Shown here one piece after another: positions 39,446 through 49,613 of a DNA stretch of 64,000 nt. The DNA is taken from contig CAXXHG010000018.1 of NCBI GenBank assembly GCA_963666315.2, forward strand, positions 110,936-174,935, read 5' to 3'. This DNA comes from Candidatus Binatia bacterium (GTDB lineage Bacteria; Desulfobacterota; Binatia; Bin18). Within the stretch, counting starts at the first letter, position 1; each line of letters begins with the position of its first letter. The notes under the pieces are model-generated. The model saw only the letters and a list, made by a program, of their open reading frames with translations. It had not been told where the DNA came from and did not search any database. The position numbers and the translations under genes were made by a program.

Positions 39446-40623
39446 CTAGCCCATTAAGCCCTCGTCATACATGCCACGAATTGGCTGATTTTCAGCAAAG
39501 CCGGTAAAGCGAAAAGCATCAAGGTCTGAGCCAGGCTGTTTGCCGTTGATAATCAACTCAGCCATCATCTCCCCGACCGCGGGCGCGAGCTTGAACCCGT
39601 GTCCGCTAAACCCCACCGCCATGTAAAAGCCACGAATCCCAGGCACAGCATCCAGGATGGGATGCCAGTCCGGCATAACGTCAAAAAATCCGGAATAGCC
39701 GCTGTGGAAATAACCGGACTCGAAAGGCGGAAAACGATGGGTCACATAGCCCGTCATCTCAACGGTCTTGTCGTAGCCCACGCCATGATCGTACTGATCG
39801 GGATCAACCCGGTCGTTGATTTCGATCGGATCGAGCGAACCAACCAGGGTCAGATCTTGCCCCTCGGGCCGTGTATAGATTTGACTGACGAAGTCGTAAA
39901 ACATGGGATGCCGGCGGCTGCTTCGCCTGGCCGCTTCACAAAGCAGATGTTATGTCGGCAGACTGTGAGCGGAATGGCTGCCTCGACCATTGCCGCTATG
40001 CGGTCGCCCCACGCCCCAGCAGCATCAACAACCGTAGGAGTCGAAAAGTTGCCTTGATTCGTCACTACCTCGGTGACAGCCCCGCCAGTGAGCTTGAGGC
40101 CCACGACTTCGGTTCCTTGATATAATTGCACCCCCAGTTCTCGCGCGCGCCGTATAAAGGACGAGGTCGTGTCCGAGGGGTCGGCATAACCCGAATCCGG
40201 CTCCCAGGCTCCGCCAGCAAAATCCTAGACACGAGTTCGGGGTTCAATTTCTCGAATTTCTTCGGGGGTAATCAAGCGGGTATTGATACCCACTTGCTGC
40301 TGCATTGCTACGACTTTTTTGAGAGTGGCAAAATCGCGCTCCGGCACTCCCATGAGATAGACCGTTTTTGTAAAACCGGCTGAGCTTCCGACGACATCGG
40401 CAAAGTTTTCAAAAACGTCGAGGCTGCGCCGAACCATGCGTGCTGTCACCTCAGTTGAGTAGTGCTGGCGAATACAGGCCGAGCTTTTTCCGGTCGCACC
40501 TGAGGCAATAAAGTTCTTCTCTAAGACGACGACATTTGTCGTGCCGCGCCTGGCCAGATTAAAAGCAATACTCGCTCCGGTCACGCCGCCGCCGATAATC
40601 ACAACATCCGCAGTCTCGGCCAT
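39446..40623 (-). pseudogene. FAD-dependent oxidoreductase (DAAO/sarcosine oxidase beta family), disrupted
   Basis: ADVVIIGGG..., WEPDSGYADP, PDWHPIL and GFSGHGFK. In-frame TAG at 40225-40227 and a frameshift (one missing base) near 39905. Confidence 0.85.
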
Positions 40624-40673
40624 AACTGCCTCCTTCACGTCATGCACATCATGGTGAAGTATCCTACCGAGGG

Positions 40674-41489
40674 CTATGCGCGACGTGCAACCCAGATTTG
40701 CTCCTGTCCATAACGAAAAGGCCGACGCCGAAAATCGCCGTACAGCTCCGCCACCTTGAAGCCGCATAATTCCAGCAGGTAACGCATCTCATGGCGATAG
40801 ATATAGCGCAGCCTGAGGGGTCGGTAGGTCTTGGCTATGACATGTCCTGCGTCGTCTAGTTCTTCAAAAATGATGTCCTCCTCAAGCATTTGACGGTCCA
40901 TGTCATAGTGCCGCGTGGTCCATACAACAACACGATTTCCGCTGCGCGGATGAATAAACTCGGAATCTTTCTGCAGGCAGGACGCCTGGAGCCCTAAATG
41001 AGAGGCTATCATCTCTATGTTGGGATCAAAGATGTTAAACACAAGGCGGCCATTATCAGTCAGGTGTTTACGCATACACGTCAGAGCACGACGTTGATCT
41101 CTTGGCGTCGTGAGATGGAGAAATGCACGGTAAGGAATCGTAATTAATGCAAAGCGCTTGCCCAAAGCGAAATCGCGCATATCGCCTTCAATCAACTCAA
41201 CTCGCTCCTGGGTTTCTGGGCTTGTAGCGACCAGCTTTTGCCTGGTGAGAGCGAGCATAGCCGGCGCCTGATCTAAACCGATCACTGCACAGCCGGCCTC
41301 GGCCATGGGGATCAAGATCCGGCCGGTTCCACAACCGATCTCTAACACTGGCGTATCGACCTGACGCGCCTCTTCAATATAGAACTGTACATCACCCACA
41401 AGGCCGGTTGAGTAACAATCATAAAACAGGGCGGCAATTTCGTCGTATTCTTGCTGATCGTATTCTTTCATGTCCAGATTCCCAGCCAC
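40674..41489 (-). CDS. Class I SAM-dependent methyltransferase
   Basis: VLEIGCGTGR, GDMRDF and HL..NGRLV. Confidence 0.9.
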   Translation of the reverse strand: MAGNLDMKEYDQQEYDEIAALFYDCYSTGLVGDVQFYIEEARQVDTPVLEIGCGTGRILIPMAEAGCAVIGLDQAPAMLALTRQKLVATSPETQERVELIEGDMRDFALGKRFALITIPYRAFLHLTTPRDQRRALTCMRKHLTDNGRLVFNIFDPNIEMIASHLGLQASCLQKDSEFIHPRSGNRVVVWTTRHYDMDRQMLEEDIIFEELDDAGHVIAKTYRPLRLRYIYRHEMRYLLELCGFKVAELYGDFRRRPFRYGQEQIWVARRA

Positions 41490-41720
41490 GCTACGCCATG
41501 CATTCTACTCAGTACGCTTCTTTTCATAGGCAGGCATACTGGCATATTCCATTTCCTTTGTGAATCAACTCCTCTTCCTATAAACAAGGGGAGAAAACTG
41601 TCTCGCCTGCAGGTCAGGTAGCAGTTATGTAGGAGGGGGCGGGGAACCCTTCTGGCTCAAAAACCAGTTAACACAAGAGAACACTGAGACCCGAATCAAC
41701 AGCGCTGGAGGAGAAGACTT

Positions 41721-43244
41721 ATGTCGGCCAGTAGTTTTGCACTCCCGGAAGACGTCTATAACCAAGCCCTTGTGGCCCATGTCCATCCACGCGACTGGAC
41801 GAACCCAGAGCCTGCTCCGAGATACAATCTTGTCGTCCTGGGTGGCGGTACTGCCGGGTTAATTACTGCAGCCGGAGCAGCCGGACTGGGCGCGAAGGTC
41901 GCCCTGATCGAACGAGAACATTTAGGCGGCGACTGCCTGAACGTTGGCTGCGTTCCGTCAAAAGCCCTCATTCGGGCGGCGCGGGCGTATGCGGATGTAC
42001 GCGATGCCGGGCAGTACGGCGTGGAAGTCCCTGAGGGAATACGCGTTAATTTCCCGGCGGTTATGGAACGCATGCGGCGGCTACGATCAGAGATCAGTCC
42101 GAATGATTCCGCCGCACGCTATCGTGACGAACTCGGCGTGGATGTATTCTTAGGCGATGGTCGCTTTGTCGATTCGGATACGGTCGAAGTAGACGGGAAG
42201 AAACTGCGTTTCCGTCGTGCGGTGATCGCCACGGGAGCCCGGGCAATCCCGCTCCCTATCCCCGGTCTCACCGAATCCGGCTATCTGACAAACGAGACGG
42301 TGTTCTCGTTGACCGAGCTGCCCAAACGGCTCGCCGTTATCGGTGCCGGTCCGATTGGCTGCGAACTGGCCCAGACGTTCGCCCGATTCGGATCGCAAGT
42401 GACATTATTGGAAGTCATGTCGCAAATCCTCATCCGCGAGGACAAGGACGCCGCCGCACTCATCCAAGCTGCCCTGATTCGGGATGGCGTCTCCCTCGCT
42501 CTGGGCTGCAACATCAAAGGTCTCACCCAAGACGGCCAGGACAAAGTGCTGAATATTGAAACGGATGGGGAAAGCCAGGAAGTACGTATTGACGAAGTCC
42601 TGCTCGGAGTGGGTCGCGCACCCAACGTTGAAGGGCTCAACCTAGAAGCGGTCGGAGTCGATTTCGATACCAAACAAGGAGTGAAGGTTGACGACCGGCT
42701 TCAGACAACCAATCCTCGCATTTATGCCGCCGGTGACATTTGCTCGCCGTATAAATTTACACACACGGCCGATGCGCTGGCACGCATAGTGATACAAAAC
42801 ACGCTGTTTCTGGGGCGCGCCAAGTCCAGCACGTTAACCATACCGTGGTGTACGTATACCGATCCCGAGATCGCCCACGTCGGCCTGTATGAACACGAGG
42901 CGGAACAACAAGGTTTTGCAATCCAAACCTTTACCCAAGAGCTGCAGTATATAGATCGGGCCATTCTCGCAGGCGAGACTGCCGGCTTTGTCAAAATCCA
43001 TACAAAAGCGGGCAGTGACGCCATCGTCGGGGCAACGATAGTCGCGCGTCATGCGGGTGAAATGATCTCAGAGATCACACTGGCCATGGTCGGCGGACTG
43101 GGGCTCGGCAGCCTGGCCAAAACCATACATCCCTATCCCACCCAAGCCGAGGCCATTAAACGCGCGGCGGATGCCTATAATCGCACCCGTCTCACCCCAC
43201 GGGTCAAATCGTTGTTTACCAAGTGGCTGGCCTGGACGCGCTAG
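41721..43244 (+). CDS. Pyridine nucleotide-disulfide oxidoreductase (mercuric reductase/LpdA-like, no C-terminal Cys-Cys)
   Basis: GGGTAG, GGDCLNVGCVPSK, GAGPIGCE and IHPYPTQAE. Confidence 0.9.
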   Translation: MSASSFALPEDVYNQALVAHVHPRDWTNPEPAPRYNLVVLGGGTAGLITAAGAAGLGAKVALIEREHLGGDCLNVGCVPSKALIRAARAYADVRDAGQYGVEVPEGIRVNFPAVMERMRRLRSEISPNDSAARYRDELGVDVFLGDGRFVDSDTVEVDGKKLRFRRAVIATGARAIPLPIPGLTESGYLTNETVFSLTELPKRLAVIGAGPIGCELAQTFARFGSQVTLLEVMSQILIREDKDAAALIQAALIRDGVSLALGCNIKGLTQDGQDKVLNIETDGESQEVRIDEVLLGVGRAPNVEGLNLEAVGVDFDTKQGVKVDDRLQTTNPRIYAAGDICSPYKFTHTADALARIVIQNTLFLGRAKSSTLTIPWCTYTDPEIAHVGLYEHEAEQQGFAIQTFTQELQYIDRAILAGETAGFVKIHTKAGSDAIVGATIVARHAGEMISEITLAMVGGLGLGSLAKTIHPYPTQAEAIKRAADAYNRTRLTPRVKSLFTKWLAWTR

Positions 43245-43282
43245 CACGACGCTGCGTTCCCTCGGCTCTGAGCAGCTGCTTC

Positions 43283-43537
43283 TTAACGGGCTGCGTACTG
43301 AACGGTCATTGTCCGCAGCCGCCTTTTCTGCATCCAGTCAAGGCGGCGCTGGAATTGCTGCCACCCCCGCTCCGGAGTTGCTTTGACATAGGATTGCTGC
43401 TCGATGTGACGCCCGGTCTGTTCCCCCGTAGCCGTCAGAAAGCTGACAGTAAGAAGACCCGCAAAGAGTAGCCTGGTCCCACGGTCAACCATTTGAGAAC
43501 ACAGCTTTTTTGTTTGATGAGAAGAGAAAACTCTCAT
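43283..43537 (-). CDS. Small membrane-anchored/exported hypothetical protein
   Basis: AAGGAG RBS 7 nt upstream, a hydrophobic stretch LLFAGLLTVSFLTA and an upstream sigma54 consensus. Confidence 0.55.
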   Translation of the reverse strand: MRVFSSHQTKKLCSQMVDRGTRLLFAGLLTVSFLTATGEQTGRHIEQQSYVKATPERGWQQFQRRLDWMQKRRLRTMTVQYAAR

Positions 43538-43578
43538 ACCCTACTCCTTTGAGTTCAGATCGAAGCTGCTCTAATTTC

Positions 43579-43593
43579 GCAACCTCCATGCCA
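43579..43593 (-). promoter_or_regulatory. Sigma54 -24/-12 promoter
   Basis: TGGCAT-GGAGG-TTGC on the minus strand, about 40 nt upstream of ATG 43537. Confidence 0.65.
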
Positions 43594-43740
43594 AACATTC
43601 GGCACCCCCTCTCTCTATCGGTCTCGCTCTCTAGCCCTATAAAATAGAGGGGCGGCTGGCATGGCATTTCTCTTGGTAAGCAACGCAGGGCCTACCAGAA
43701 GTGGCAGCGGTTATGGGAGGGCCAAGGAACTCGGGCTTAA

Positions 43741-43895
43741 GAGCCACTAACAAAACTCCGTCTTGTGCCGTAGGCCTGGATACCTGCTTTCGCAGGTATG
43801 ACACAAAAAGATTGTCATTCCCGTGGAAACGGGAATCCAGGGGGAGAGGCCGGGGTACTGAGAACTTATACTCTAGGCAGTTTGGTTATGCATTC
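43741..43895. mobile_element. MITE carrying an internal REP doublet (sister of 15484-15636)
   Basis: TIRs GAGCCACTAACAAAACT / AGTTTGGTTATGCATTC, flanked by TAA and TGA. Confidence 0.75.
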
Positions 43896-43955
43896 TGAGC
43901 AGAATGTGGCAATGGCTGATGAGGGTGGCGGAACGGTCGCGCACCGATCCGACTT

Positions 43956-44864
43956 TTACAAAATCTCTCTGCTTGGTAGGCGATTGGGAGGCGTGGCGCG
44001 TTCGACCTGAGGTCGGCGGCCGGGGTGGGTTTCCCTGCGGAGCCGCCACCCTTCAAACTGCAACCAATACCCGCCAAACTTCCGAACATTCAACACGCCC
44101 GTATCAAAAATCAGATACTGCCCTTTAATCCCAAGCAGCGTTCCAGCGATCTCTTGTGTTTTGTCAAAGTTGAGCGCTTTGACTTTGGTCGGATACTCGA
44201 GGACAGGGTAGGTAAAGGACCGAACGGCCTCTTCCTCAAGCAGGCTGATGCCCGCTTCTCCAGCGACCGCCCGTTGTTTGTCCAGTTCGTCACTACAGAT
44301 ACTACGCAGCTCTGCACTCTTGGCGCTCAGATCAGCCGGTTCCGGATCTCCCTTGAGCATACGCCGCCAGTCCGTTCGATCAGAAATATGTTTTTTAAAC
44401 ATCACTTCAAGCAGACCGGCCTGGTATCGACTCTGCACGCGAAAAACCGGCAGCGCTTGCACGGCACCTTGATCCATCCAACGCGTGGGAATTTGGCTGC
44501 CACGCGTAATGCCGACTTTGAGTCCTGACGAGTTCGCCACATACACTATGTGCGGCTGCATGCAGTGGGCTTCGCCCCATTCCGGCTCGCGACACGTGCC
44601 CTGATCGTAATGACACAGCTCCGGCTTGACGATACACAGGTCGCACTGCGCAAGGTCCCGGAAGCATGGATAACAATAGCCCTGATTAAAGCTCTTCTTC
44701 GTCTTGCGACCACAGACAACGCAATGAATGTCTCCGGTGAACGTAAGACACACAGTCTTTCCTAAGAGGGAATTCAGCGGAATCTGCTCCTCCCCAATAG
44801 GGAGTGTATAGGCAACGGGATTGCTGTCCGTTGTGATCATCTTGCGTATGTTGCCCTGCATCAT
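43956..44864 (-). CDS. DUF2797 domain protein
   Basis: C..CGRKTKKSF.QGYCYPCF, C..KPE.CH, KVGITR..Q.PTRW.DQGA and GIKGQYL. Confidence 0.9.
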   Translation of the reverse strand: MMQGNIRKMITTDSNPVAYTLPIGEEQIPLNSLLGKTVCLTFTGDIHCVVCGRKTKKSFNQGYCYPCFRDLAQCDLCIVKPELCHYDQGTCREPEWGEAHCMQPHIVYVANSSGLKVGITRGSQIPTRWMDQGAVQALPVFRVQSRYQAGLLEVMFKKHISDRTDWRRMLKGDPEPADLSAKSAELRSICSDELDKQRAVAGEAGISLLEEEAVRSFTYPVLEYPTKVKALNFDKTQEIAGTLLGIKGQYLIFDTGVLNVRKFGGYWLQFEGWRLRRETHPGRRPQVERATPPNRLPSREIL

Positions 44865-44960
44865 CTCTCCTTCTTACTCTGGCACGTGTTTTGTTGATAG
44901 TAGTGACCACTAGCTTCCCGTAGGGGGTGCCCTGCGCACCAAAAGTGAGATGGGGCGGGC

Positions 44961-44991
44961 TGTCAGGTTACGCTCCGCTAACCTGACCTAC
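44961..44991 (-). repeat. GTAG-family REP element
   Basis: TGTCAGGTTACGCTCCGCTAACCTGACCTAC (reverse-orientation copy). Confidence 0.8.
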
Positions 44992-45822
44992 GGGACTCCT
45001 CTTCTGGATCGAGCGGATAATGCTGCCGCCGATAGCGCAAGCACTCACGATTGAGCCGATGCCGAAAATCAACTCGCAACTGCCCTTCCCTACCGATGAG
45101 TTGGAAATCATCAGCAATCGTGACTCCTCCAATATCAAACAACACACGACAGTTCGGACAAAGACAGAGCATGTTCTCTGGAGAGTCCGGGCCATTGTGT
45201 GGGGCTTCGAGAGGCCGAATGTGGACAGCTTCCGCATACGGACCAGCAGAACCCTCAAGTCGGACACCGCAGATCTGACAGCGATAATGATAGAGCTGTT
45301 TGAGCTGTCGGGCGTGGACAGTCTCGCAAGCAATCATATAACCATCTGATGACTCGATCAGTTTATCCACTTCTATTCTGACAAGACGAAAACGCCAAAT
45401 AAAAACCCAGCCCGTCCAACTTCCCTCCAATAGTCCCCGACCGCATACAGCCCATAGTAACGGTAGCCCACGTCAGGGACATACGCTGAGCGGAAACCAG
45501 CCCCACGAATGAGACGAACAGGTAGGCTGTGTAATCGGTTCTGGGCGAGAGCGAGGTTTCCACGGCTTAAGGGTTGGTGGCCGATCTGTCTTTTAGTGTC
45601 CGGGTCACGTCCACCGTGTCCGGTATAGAAGATCACATCCCCAAAATCCTCACCATCTTCATAGCCACCGGCCAGGACAACCGAATCGGCCCCTTCACGT
45701 CCACTCCCAGAAATGCCTGCAACGCGAGGACGATGCACTCCAGATTTGGAGAGTTCCGCCCGTGAGGCGAACCGACTGCCCACGGGATAGCCGGGGATAC
45801 GACCAAAAATGCGCTCTGACAT
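44978..45822 (-). pseudogene. SRA(YDG)-HNH modification-dependent (type IV) restriction endonuclease, frameshifted
   Basis: SRA part: GVHRP..AGISG..SVVLAGGYED.D.GD..YTG.GG..GN.AL..PVRLIRG. HNH part: CQICG..YAE.VHIRPL..H.GPD...N.LCLCPN. The halves join with one extra T in the T5 run near 45401-45405. Confidence 0.82.
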
Positions 45823-45988
45823 ATCTTGATAAGTAGCGTACTAAGGCGGGCTTCGCGAACGATGGTATGTCAGTGCATGTATCCATACGGCCCAGCCCCT
45901 GTCCTTTCTATACCGGACTCAGCACGATAAGACGCGACAGGGAGAAGAGACGCTTAGCCCTGCCATAGACGTCTCTGTACAAAATTCC

Positions 45989-46819
45989 ATGACAGCCCGA
46001 TCATCGCCGCCTCAAGTCATCACTCAAAACTTGCAAAGCTGGCACGAACGTGCCGCCGCCTATCATCATTTGATCGCCTCGTGGCCGCTCTTCTCATGTT
46101 TGGCCGACCGCCTCATCGATCTGATTCCGCAGCCGTTTCAGGGAACAGCCATTGATCTGGCCGCCGGCAGTGGACTTGTCACGGAACGTCTTCTGTCTCG
46201 TTATCCTCAGACCCGTGTTCAACTAGTCGAGCCAGCAGCGGCTATGTTGGCACTGGCCCGCAAGCAATTGGGCACCCGTGTGTCTGACTACACTCAACTG
46301 CCGGCCGAAGAAGTCGGCGCGCTGACTACCAGAGCTGATGTGGTCCTGTGCAGCGCGGCTCTCCACCTTCTTGACGAGGCCAAAGTTTTTATCGGCCTTA
46401 CGCAGTGTCTGAAGCCAGGGGGTCTGTTTGTATGCAACTTGTGGTGGCATTCATGGGAACCAACCGTTGGTCCGGATTATACCTCAGTCTGGCAACCACT
46501 CGTCGAACAAGCCCTGGCAGATCTGAACGAACCGCGTGGTACATGGCCGCAGCCTTTGCCTCTAAGGGTACGGACAGAGGCGGGCATACGCGCAGCAGCA
46601 CAGGCAGCCCAGCTTACGCTTGAGACGATTATCACCGACACGGACACCATCACGAATCGCTTTTTTATTGACTTTTCTGCCATGTCTGCCACGTTTCTCG
46701 ACCATCTCTCCGCTTCCCAACGTGCCACGGTCATCGCGCGCGCGCGAGAAGGGGCGAACACTGCAGTGAAGGTGCAAAGCACGCGGTTTGTGTTTCGGCG
46801 AGAAACCTATTCAATCTAG
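45989..46819 (+). CDS. Class I SAM-dependent methyltransferase
   Basis: IDLAAGSG, EP...ML and LKPGG. Confidence 0.85.
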   Translation: MTARSSPPQVITQNLQSWHERAAAYHHLIASWPLFSCLADRLIDLIPQPFQGTAIDLAAGSGLVTERLLSRYPQTRVQLVEPAAAMLALARKQLGTRVSDYTQLPAEEVGALTTRADVVLCSAALHLLDEAKVFIGLTQCLKPGGLFVCNLWWHSWEPTVGPDYTSVWQPLVEQALADLNEPRGTWPQPLPLRVRTEAGIRAAAQAAQLTLETIITDTDTITNRFFIDFSAMSATFLDHLSASQRATVIARAREGANTAVKVQSTRFVFRRETYSI

Positions 46820-46844
46820 AAAGCAGGCAATCTAGAAAGCAAGC

Positions 46845-48731
46845 ATGACGCGAGAGCTTACCATTCAGTCGGTTATCCTCGGGCTCAGCCTGTCAGTCAT
46901 TATGGGGGCAGCAAATGTGTATCTCGGCCTCAAAGTCGGGATGACGGTGTCTGCGTCTATCCCGGCTGCTGTGATGGCGATGTTGCTTTTACGCCTGCTG
47001 CCCGGCAGCGGCACCATCCTCGAAGCCAACCAAGCCCAGACCGCTGCATCCGCAGGAGAATCCTTGGCGGCCGGTGTTATCTTTACCATGCCCGCGCTCA
47101 TCCTCGTCGGCGCGTGGCAAGAATTCGACATGCTGCTGACGACACTGGTTGCCTTTAGCGGCGGTCTGCTCGGCATCCTGCTCATGATCCCGATGCGTAA
47201 GGTTTTTGTCACGGGTTCGACAAGTGAGCTGAAGTTTCCCGAGGGCGTGGCCTGCGCTGCTGTGCTCCGGTCTGGCCAACAAACACAAACAGGAACGCAG
47301 AATGCACGACGGGTTATTCAGGGCGCTGTCTTTGGCTTGGTTTTTAAAGCTCTCGTCAGTTTTGTAGGTATCCTCAAGGGAACACTCGAAGGCGCATTCG
47401 TCCTGGGCCGCAGCATCTTTTATCTTGGCACTGATATGTCAGTCGCCCTGTTAGGCGTTGGCATGATCGTTCAGCTCAATATTGCCAGCCTCGTCTTCCT
47501 CGGTGGTGTTATCGGCTGGCTGATTGCCCTGCCGATCTTGAGCCTGGACACTGCTCTGCAGAGTAATCCGGTTGAGGCGGCGTATACGATTTGGTCGCAA
47601 CAGGTACGCTATATCGGGGTGGGGGCCATGGTGGTCGGAGGCATCACGGCTATCATCCACATCCGCCACGGCCTGGTCGAAGCCGCCCGTACCCTGATAC
47701 GGGGTTCTGGGCCGTCAGGTTCTGGACGGTCAGATTCAGCGCCGAATGCACAACACGACGATATTCCTCTGGCCTGGATTATCGTGCTGACCATAGGCTG
47801 CACGGTAGTCATTGGAGTGGTGTATTTTCTCTTTACAAACCGACTCGATGTGACCCTCACGGCAACGGCCATCATGTTAGTAATGGCCTTTTTCTTTACT
47901 GCAGTGGCGAGCTATATCGTCGGACTGGTCGGCAATTCCAACAGCCCGGTCTCGGGCATGACCATTACAACCGTCCTGTTTACGGGCGCTCTGCTACTGC
48001 TCTTTGGCTACACCGGAACAGCCGGCATGCTGGCAACCTTGGGCGTCGCAGCCATCGTGTGTTGTACGGCGTGTACAGCCGGAGATGTGTGTAACGATCT
48101 CAAGACAGGCCAGCTTGTCGGAGCATCGCCACGACGGCAACAGCTCATGCAAATTGGCGGTATCGCGGTTGCGGCTTTTATCATGGCCCCCGTGATGCAA
48201 TTGCTAAACGATTACACACCGGGCGGTATTGGTGGCAAAGAGCTTGCCGCGCCACAGGCGCAACTCTTTGCCAGCCTGGCGCGTGGTTTTTTTGGTGACG
48301 GTCAACTGCCCTGGAACCTTGTTGGAGTCGGGGTGCTTATTGGCCTCGCGCTAGTCGGACTCGATACGCTGCTCGAAAAACGTCAGGCGTCTTTTCGGCT
48401 GCACCTTATGCCCATTGCTGTTGGGATATATCTACCGTTTGGCTTGTCCGTGCCGATCTTTCTCGGTGGGATTCTCTCGGCCCGATTAGCCCGTAAAAGT
48501 CAACAACCGACGGAAACGGCGTCATCCCAGCCTGGCGTTCTGCTTGCCTCCGGAGCAATTGCCGGTGAGGCGCTCACCGGTGTTGGGATTGCGCTGTTTG
48601 CCAGCTTTGGTCTGTCCCGGCTTGAGCTCGGCCTTTCTGACGGGCTTCAGACAGGACTGACTATTGTGGCCTTACTCATTGCGCTTGTTTTCTTCTATCG
48701 CGACGGACAACAGCAAAGCGTGTCGGGTTAG
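46845..48731 (+). CDS. OPT-family oligopeptide transporter
   Basis: ANVYLGLKVG.TVSASIPAA, FPEG.ACA, NSPVSG, DLKTG and APQA. Confidence 0.93.
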   Translation: MTRELTIQSVILGLSLSVIMGAANVYLGLKVGMTVSASIPAAVMAMLLLRLLPGSGTILEANQAQTAASAGESLAAGVIFTMPALILVGAWQEFDMLLTTLVAFSGGLLGILLMIPMRKVFVTGSTSELKFPEGVACAAVLRSGQQTQTGTQNARRVIQGAVFGLVFKALVSFVGILKGTLEGAFVLGRSIFYLGTDMSVALLGVGMIVQLNIASLVFLGGVIGWLIALPILSLDTALQSNPVEAAYTIWSQQVRYIGVGAMVVGGITAIIHIRHGLVEAARTLIRGSGPSGSGRSDSAPNAQHDDIPLAWIIVLTIGCTVVIGVVYFLFTNRLDVTLTATAIMLVMAFFFTAVASYIVGLVGNSNSPVSGMTITTVLFTGALLLLFGYTGTAGMLATLGVAAIVCCTACTAGDVCNDLKTGQLVGASPRRQQLMQIGGIAVAAFIMAPVMQLLNDYTPGGIGGKELAAPQAQLFASLARGFFGDGQLPWNLVGVGVLIGLALVGLDTLLEKRQASFRLHLMPIAVGIYLPFGLSVPIFLGGILSARLARKSQQPTETASSQPGVLLASGAIAGEALTGVGIALFASFGLSRLELGLSDGLQTGLTIVALLIALVFFYRDGQQQSVSG

Positions 48732-48748
48732 CGTAGCGTAACCCGACA
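48721..48748. repeat. REP palindrome overlapping the OPT stop codon
   Basis: TGTCGGGTTAGCGTAGCGTAACCCGACA. Confidence 0.8.
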
Positions 48749-48775
48749 ACCATAGCCAAAGATAGTCTTTTTTAT

Positions 48776-49555
48776 ATGTATCAATACCTAAAATTATCAG
48801 ATGTACAAGATGAATACATTCTGACCAACGGCATCTACAATAATGATGTAGAAAACTATTATATCACGGATGATTGGTCTCCGGGGATGTACGAGGCACT
48901 TGCATTTGCGGGTTTTATCTCTATTTCGATAAAAGATGAGGAAGGGAAAGCTTATCTATTTCCTGAAATGCAATTTAGTTATGCCGTGTTACACTGGGAT
49001 AACTTGCATATATCAAAGCGCTTAAAAGATTTTATTGCTAAAAAAGTGCTAGCTCATAATTACGGCGTTTCAGTCAATAGAGATACCGAAGCGGTGTTTG
49101 ACGGTATAATACATTACCACGATGATAAGAATTGGATGATAGAGCCTTGCCTAGATGTTTTGTGAGCACTGCAGGATACTCAGCAGAAATACAATCTACA
49201 ACTGATGTCTATTGAATTGTGGGATGGCAAAAAATTGGTAGGAGGAGAGATTGGTTATATTATCGGGAGTATCTATACCAGCCTGACAGGATTTTTCGAT
49301 AGAGAAAATTATAGCAACTTCGGTAAAGTCCAATTGCTGTCGCTGGCATTACTTTTAAAAGAATCAGGATACGCATTTTGGAATATGGGACATCCGCATA
49401 TGGATTATAAATTAGATCTGGGTGCCATCGAGTATCAGCGACGAGACTTTCTCACTATGTGGATGAAATACCGTAATGGGAAATCTGAATGTGGGATGTC
49501 AGATAAATTTTTTACTTGCGATGAATTATTAGCCGATGTTATTACAAGTCATTAG
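48776..49555 (+). pseudogene. Leucyl/phenylalanyl-tRNA-protein transferase (Aat)-like gene with an in-frame TGA; AT-rich
   Basis: ORFs 48776-49165 and 49205-49555 are in one frame across TGA 49163-49165. Motifs LHISK.L, W, S.ELW...LVGGE.G...GS.YTSLTGF, YK..LGA. Confidence 0.75.
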
Positions 49556-49613
49556 ATAGCATCAAAAAGCAGGGTCCAATATTCATTTCAGTGATCTTGA
49601 TGAGGAGGTTGCA

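Noticed and set aside
41721-43244. merA mercury resistance
   Set aside because: No C-terminal Cys-Cys pair, no NmerA domain, no mer operon genes, and it retains the HPxxxxE motif of LpdA-like enzymes.
44880-44894. Sigma54-like TGGCAC-N5-TTGT (and TGGCAT-N5-TTCT at 43657)
   Set aside because: The -12 box is imperfect and neither points to a credible gene on that strand.
5673-48748. CRISPR array from the recurring ~30-bp palindromes
   Set aside because: Copies are dispersed singly with no regular spacers and no cas genes; they are REP elements.
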